In this document: positions 61,326 to 64,000 of the stretch, piece after piece | How the letters are laid out: every line of letters begins with the position of its first letter | How positions within the stretch are numbered: the first letter of the stretch is position 1 | Assembly (NCBI RefSeq): GCF_009914755.1 | Contig: NC_060933.1 | From: the human T2T-CHM13v2.0 reference genome, Homo sapiens | Length of the DNA: 64,000 bases | Reading direction: 5' to 3' (one strand) | Translations under genes and position numbers: made by a program | Notes under the pieces: generated by a model | What the model was told of the DNA's origin: nothing | The model's input: the letters and a program-made list of their open reading frames with translations, nothing else | Databases searched by the model: none

Positions 61326-62921
61326 TCAGTATATCAAAAGGATACCTGCATTCATGTGTTACCACAGCACTATTTAAAATAGCAGAGACACAGATTCAAC
61401 CTAAATGCCTACCAATTAATGAATGGATAAAGAAAATGTGGTATATATACACAATGGGATACTATCTGGTCATAAAAAAGAATGAAATCATGTCAGTTGC
61501 AGCAACACGAATGGAGTGGGGGGCAGTCCTTATATTAAGCGAAATAAGCCAGACACAGAATGACAAATATCCCAGGCATGGGATCTATGAACATAGGATT
61601 AAAAAAAATTGATCTCATGTATAGTGAATAGAATGGTGGTTACCAGAGGCTGGGAAGGGTAATGGGGAGGTGAGGATAAAGAGGGGTTAGTTAATGGGTA
61701 CAAACATACAGTTAGATAGAAGGAGTAAGTTCTAACATTCGATAGCAGAGTAGGGTGGCTATAGTTAACGAAAATGTATGGTATATTTCCAAACAGCAAG
61801 AAGAGAGAACTTAAAACATTCCCAACACATTGATATGGATAGGAACACATGGATGTGTTCCCAACATATCTTAACAGAAATAATAAGTACATGAGGTGAT
61901 GAATAGCCTGAATAGCCTGACTTGATCATGACACATTCTATGTGTGTAATAAAATATCACATGTACCCTGTAAACATGTACAAATATTATGTATCAATAA
62001 ATAAACCTGCAGAAGCCTACTATGTATTTTTTATGTTTTTCTCACATATGTATACATTCACAAGCACATGCAGAGAGACGATAAGTATCAATTAATGGCC
62101 TGGGCAAAGAGGAGGCTAATGGAATTAGGAAGGAGTAAAAGGGCTCCAACTTTATCTGTAATTACTGACTTGTTTTATGTATTAAGTCCCAAAAGATCTT
62201 GAAGAAATTACATCGAAATGTTAACATTTTACAAAGCTGGGTAATGGCTATGTTATTGCATTATAACTCCCTGTAAGCATTTCATTTTGCTTAATTTTTT
62301 TTAAAAAAGGAAAGAAAGAAATTGAATTCAGTCTGAGCCATTAAGAGAGAGAGGAAGAAATGGGAGGGAATGTTAATTTACTCATCCACAAAACAAAGAG
62401 AAAAAGATCACCTTTTATATGTTGAACACTGAGAACTCTATTTCTGTGACATCTATTCTCCTGCAACTTTTAATCAGGTAACCCAGAAGACTTGAAACTT
62501 CATAAACCAAATGCCAGCTCTAAAATGCAGCCTTACTTGAACTGACAGGTCAAAACAATGTAATAATTCATACTGACAAAAATGAAAAATTATTTTCCAT
62601 TAGGCCATTTTGCTGAAAGGCTAATAACAATATATTTCCTTATAAACTTGTTCCATTTCAATTTTTAAAATGGAATTTTGTATCTATTTTAGTTTTTATT
62701 ATCTTCTACTACCTTCCATTATTGTCCTTTTTTTTTATTACAAAACAGCTTATCTCTATAAACTATCTTTTTACTGTGATGAGCTAAGAGACAGCAATAA
62801 ACTTATACAATTTTTAAAAAGCAGCACTTAATATTTTAGATACTGAGAGCAATTCATTTATAACCATTTTAAGGGGAAAAAAAAAAAAGCCAAATGTGGT
62901 CCTAAGACTCCTATGAGTAAA

Positions 62922-63610
<689 letters not shown>

Positions 63611-64000
63611 TGTATATTTGTGATACATCATTTGAAAGAGTAAATACCATGGTGTAACTGATGACTATAATCCTCACAATCATTTGCCACCTTGTTTCTC
63701 CTGCCTTTTCTTCCTCCACTGCCATAGCATTGAATTCCCCCCTGTAACTTCAGTGTTGCCCTAGTTTTCCAGCTAGTTTTGAATGAGACAGTGGAATGAT
63801 CTATGGTTAAGTCTCTCCATCTTGACCTATCTTACATAAGTGGGATCTACATCTGACCATGACAGCTCATTCCTAAGTTCCCATCAGTCATCTCTACACA
63901 ATCCAGCATGTCAGAGGTGAGCCCTGCACTATGACCTGTGCCATTGAGCTGGGATGCTTCCTGGGTCTTCTCCTCCACTGTCTTTACCAGGTTACTGCAG

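Overview
Primate (almost certainly human) genomic DNA from inside the LPAR1 (EDG2, lysophosphatidic acid receptor 1) gene, transcribed on the minus strand. The only real protein-coding sequence is the 748-bp main coding exon (43083-43830), encoding Phe16 to Gly265 (N-terminus to mid-TM6). The start-codon exon and the last coding exon lie outside the window. The rest is intron, densely filled with transposons: about 20 Alus, four THE1 and three MLT1 MaLR LTRs, two ERV1 LTRs (one MER41-like), Tigger1, MER47A, hAT MITEs, MIRs, a TSD-bounded full-length old L1 and younger L1PA pieces. There are also retrocopies of U6 snRNA and Y3 RNA. I find no well-supported new biological system. The best leads are: (i) back-splicing of the single exon would create a complete 251-aa ORF, and inverted L1/Alu pairs flank the exon; (ii) an L1 3' transduction; (iii) a tail-less internal L1PA fragment; (iv) sense THE1 LTRs with DUX4, splice-donor and polyA motifs; (v) a MER41-like LTR keeping a GAS motif; (vi) several template-switch scars. 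Repeat subfamily names come from recalled consensus sequences and need RepeatMasker/Dfam confirmation.
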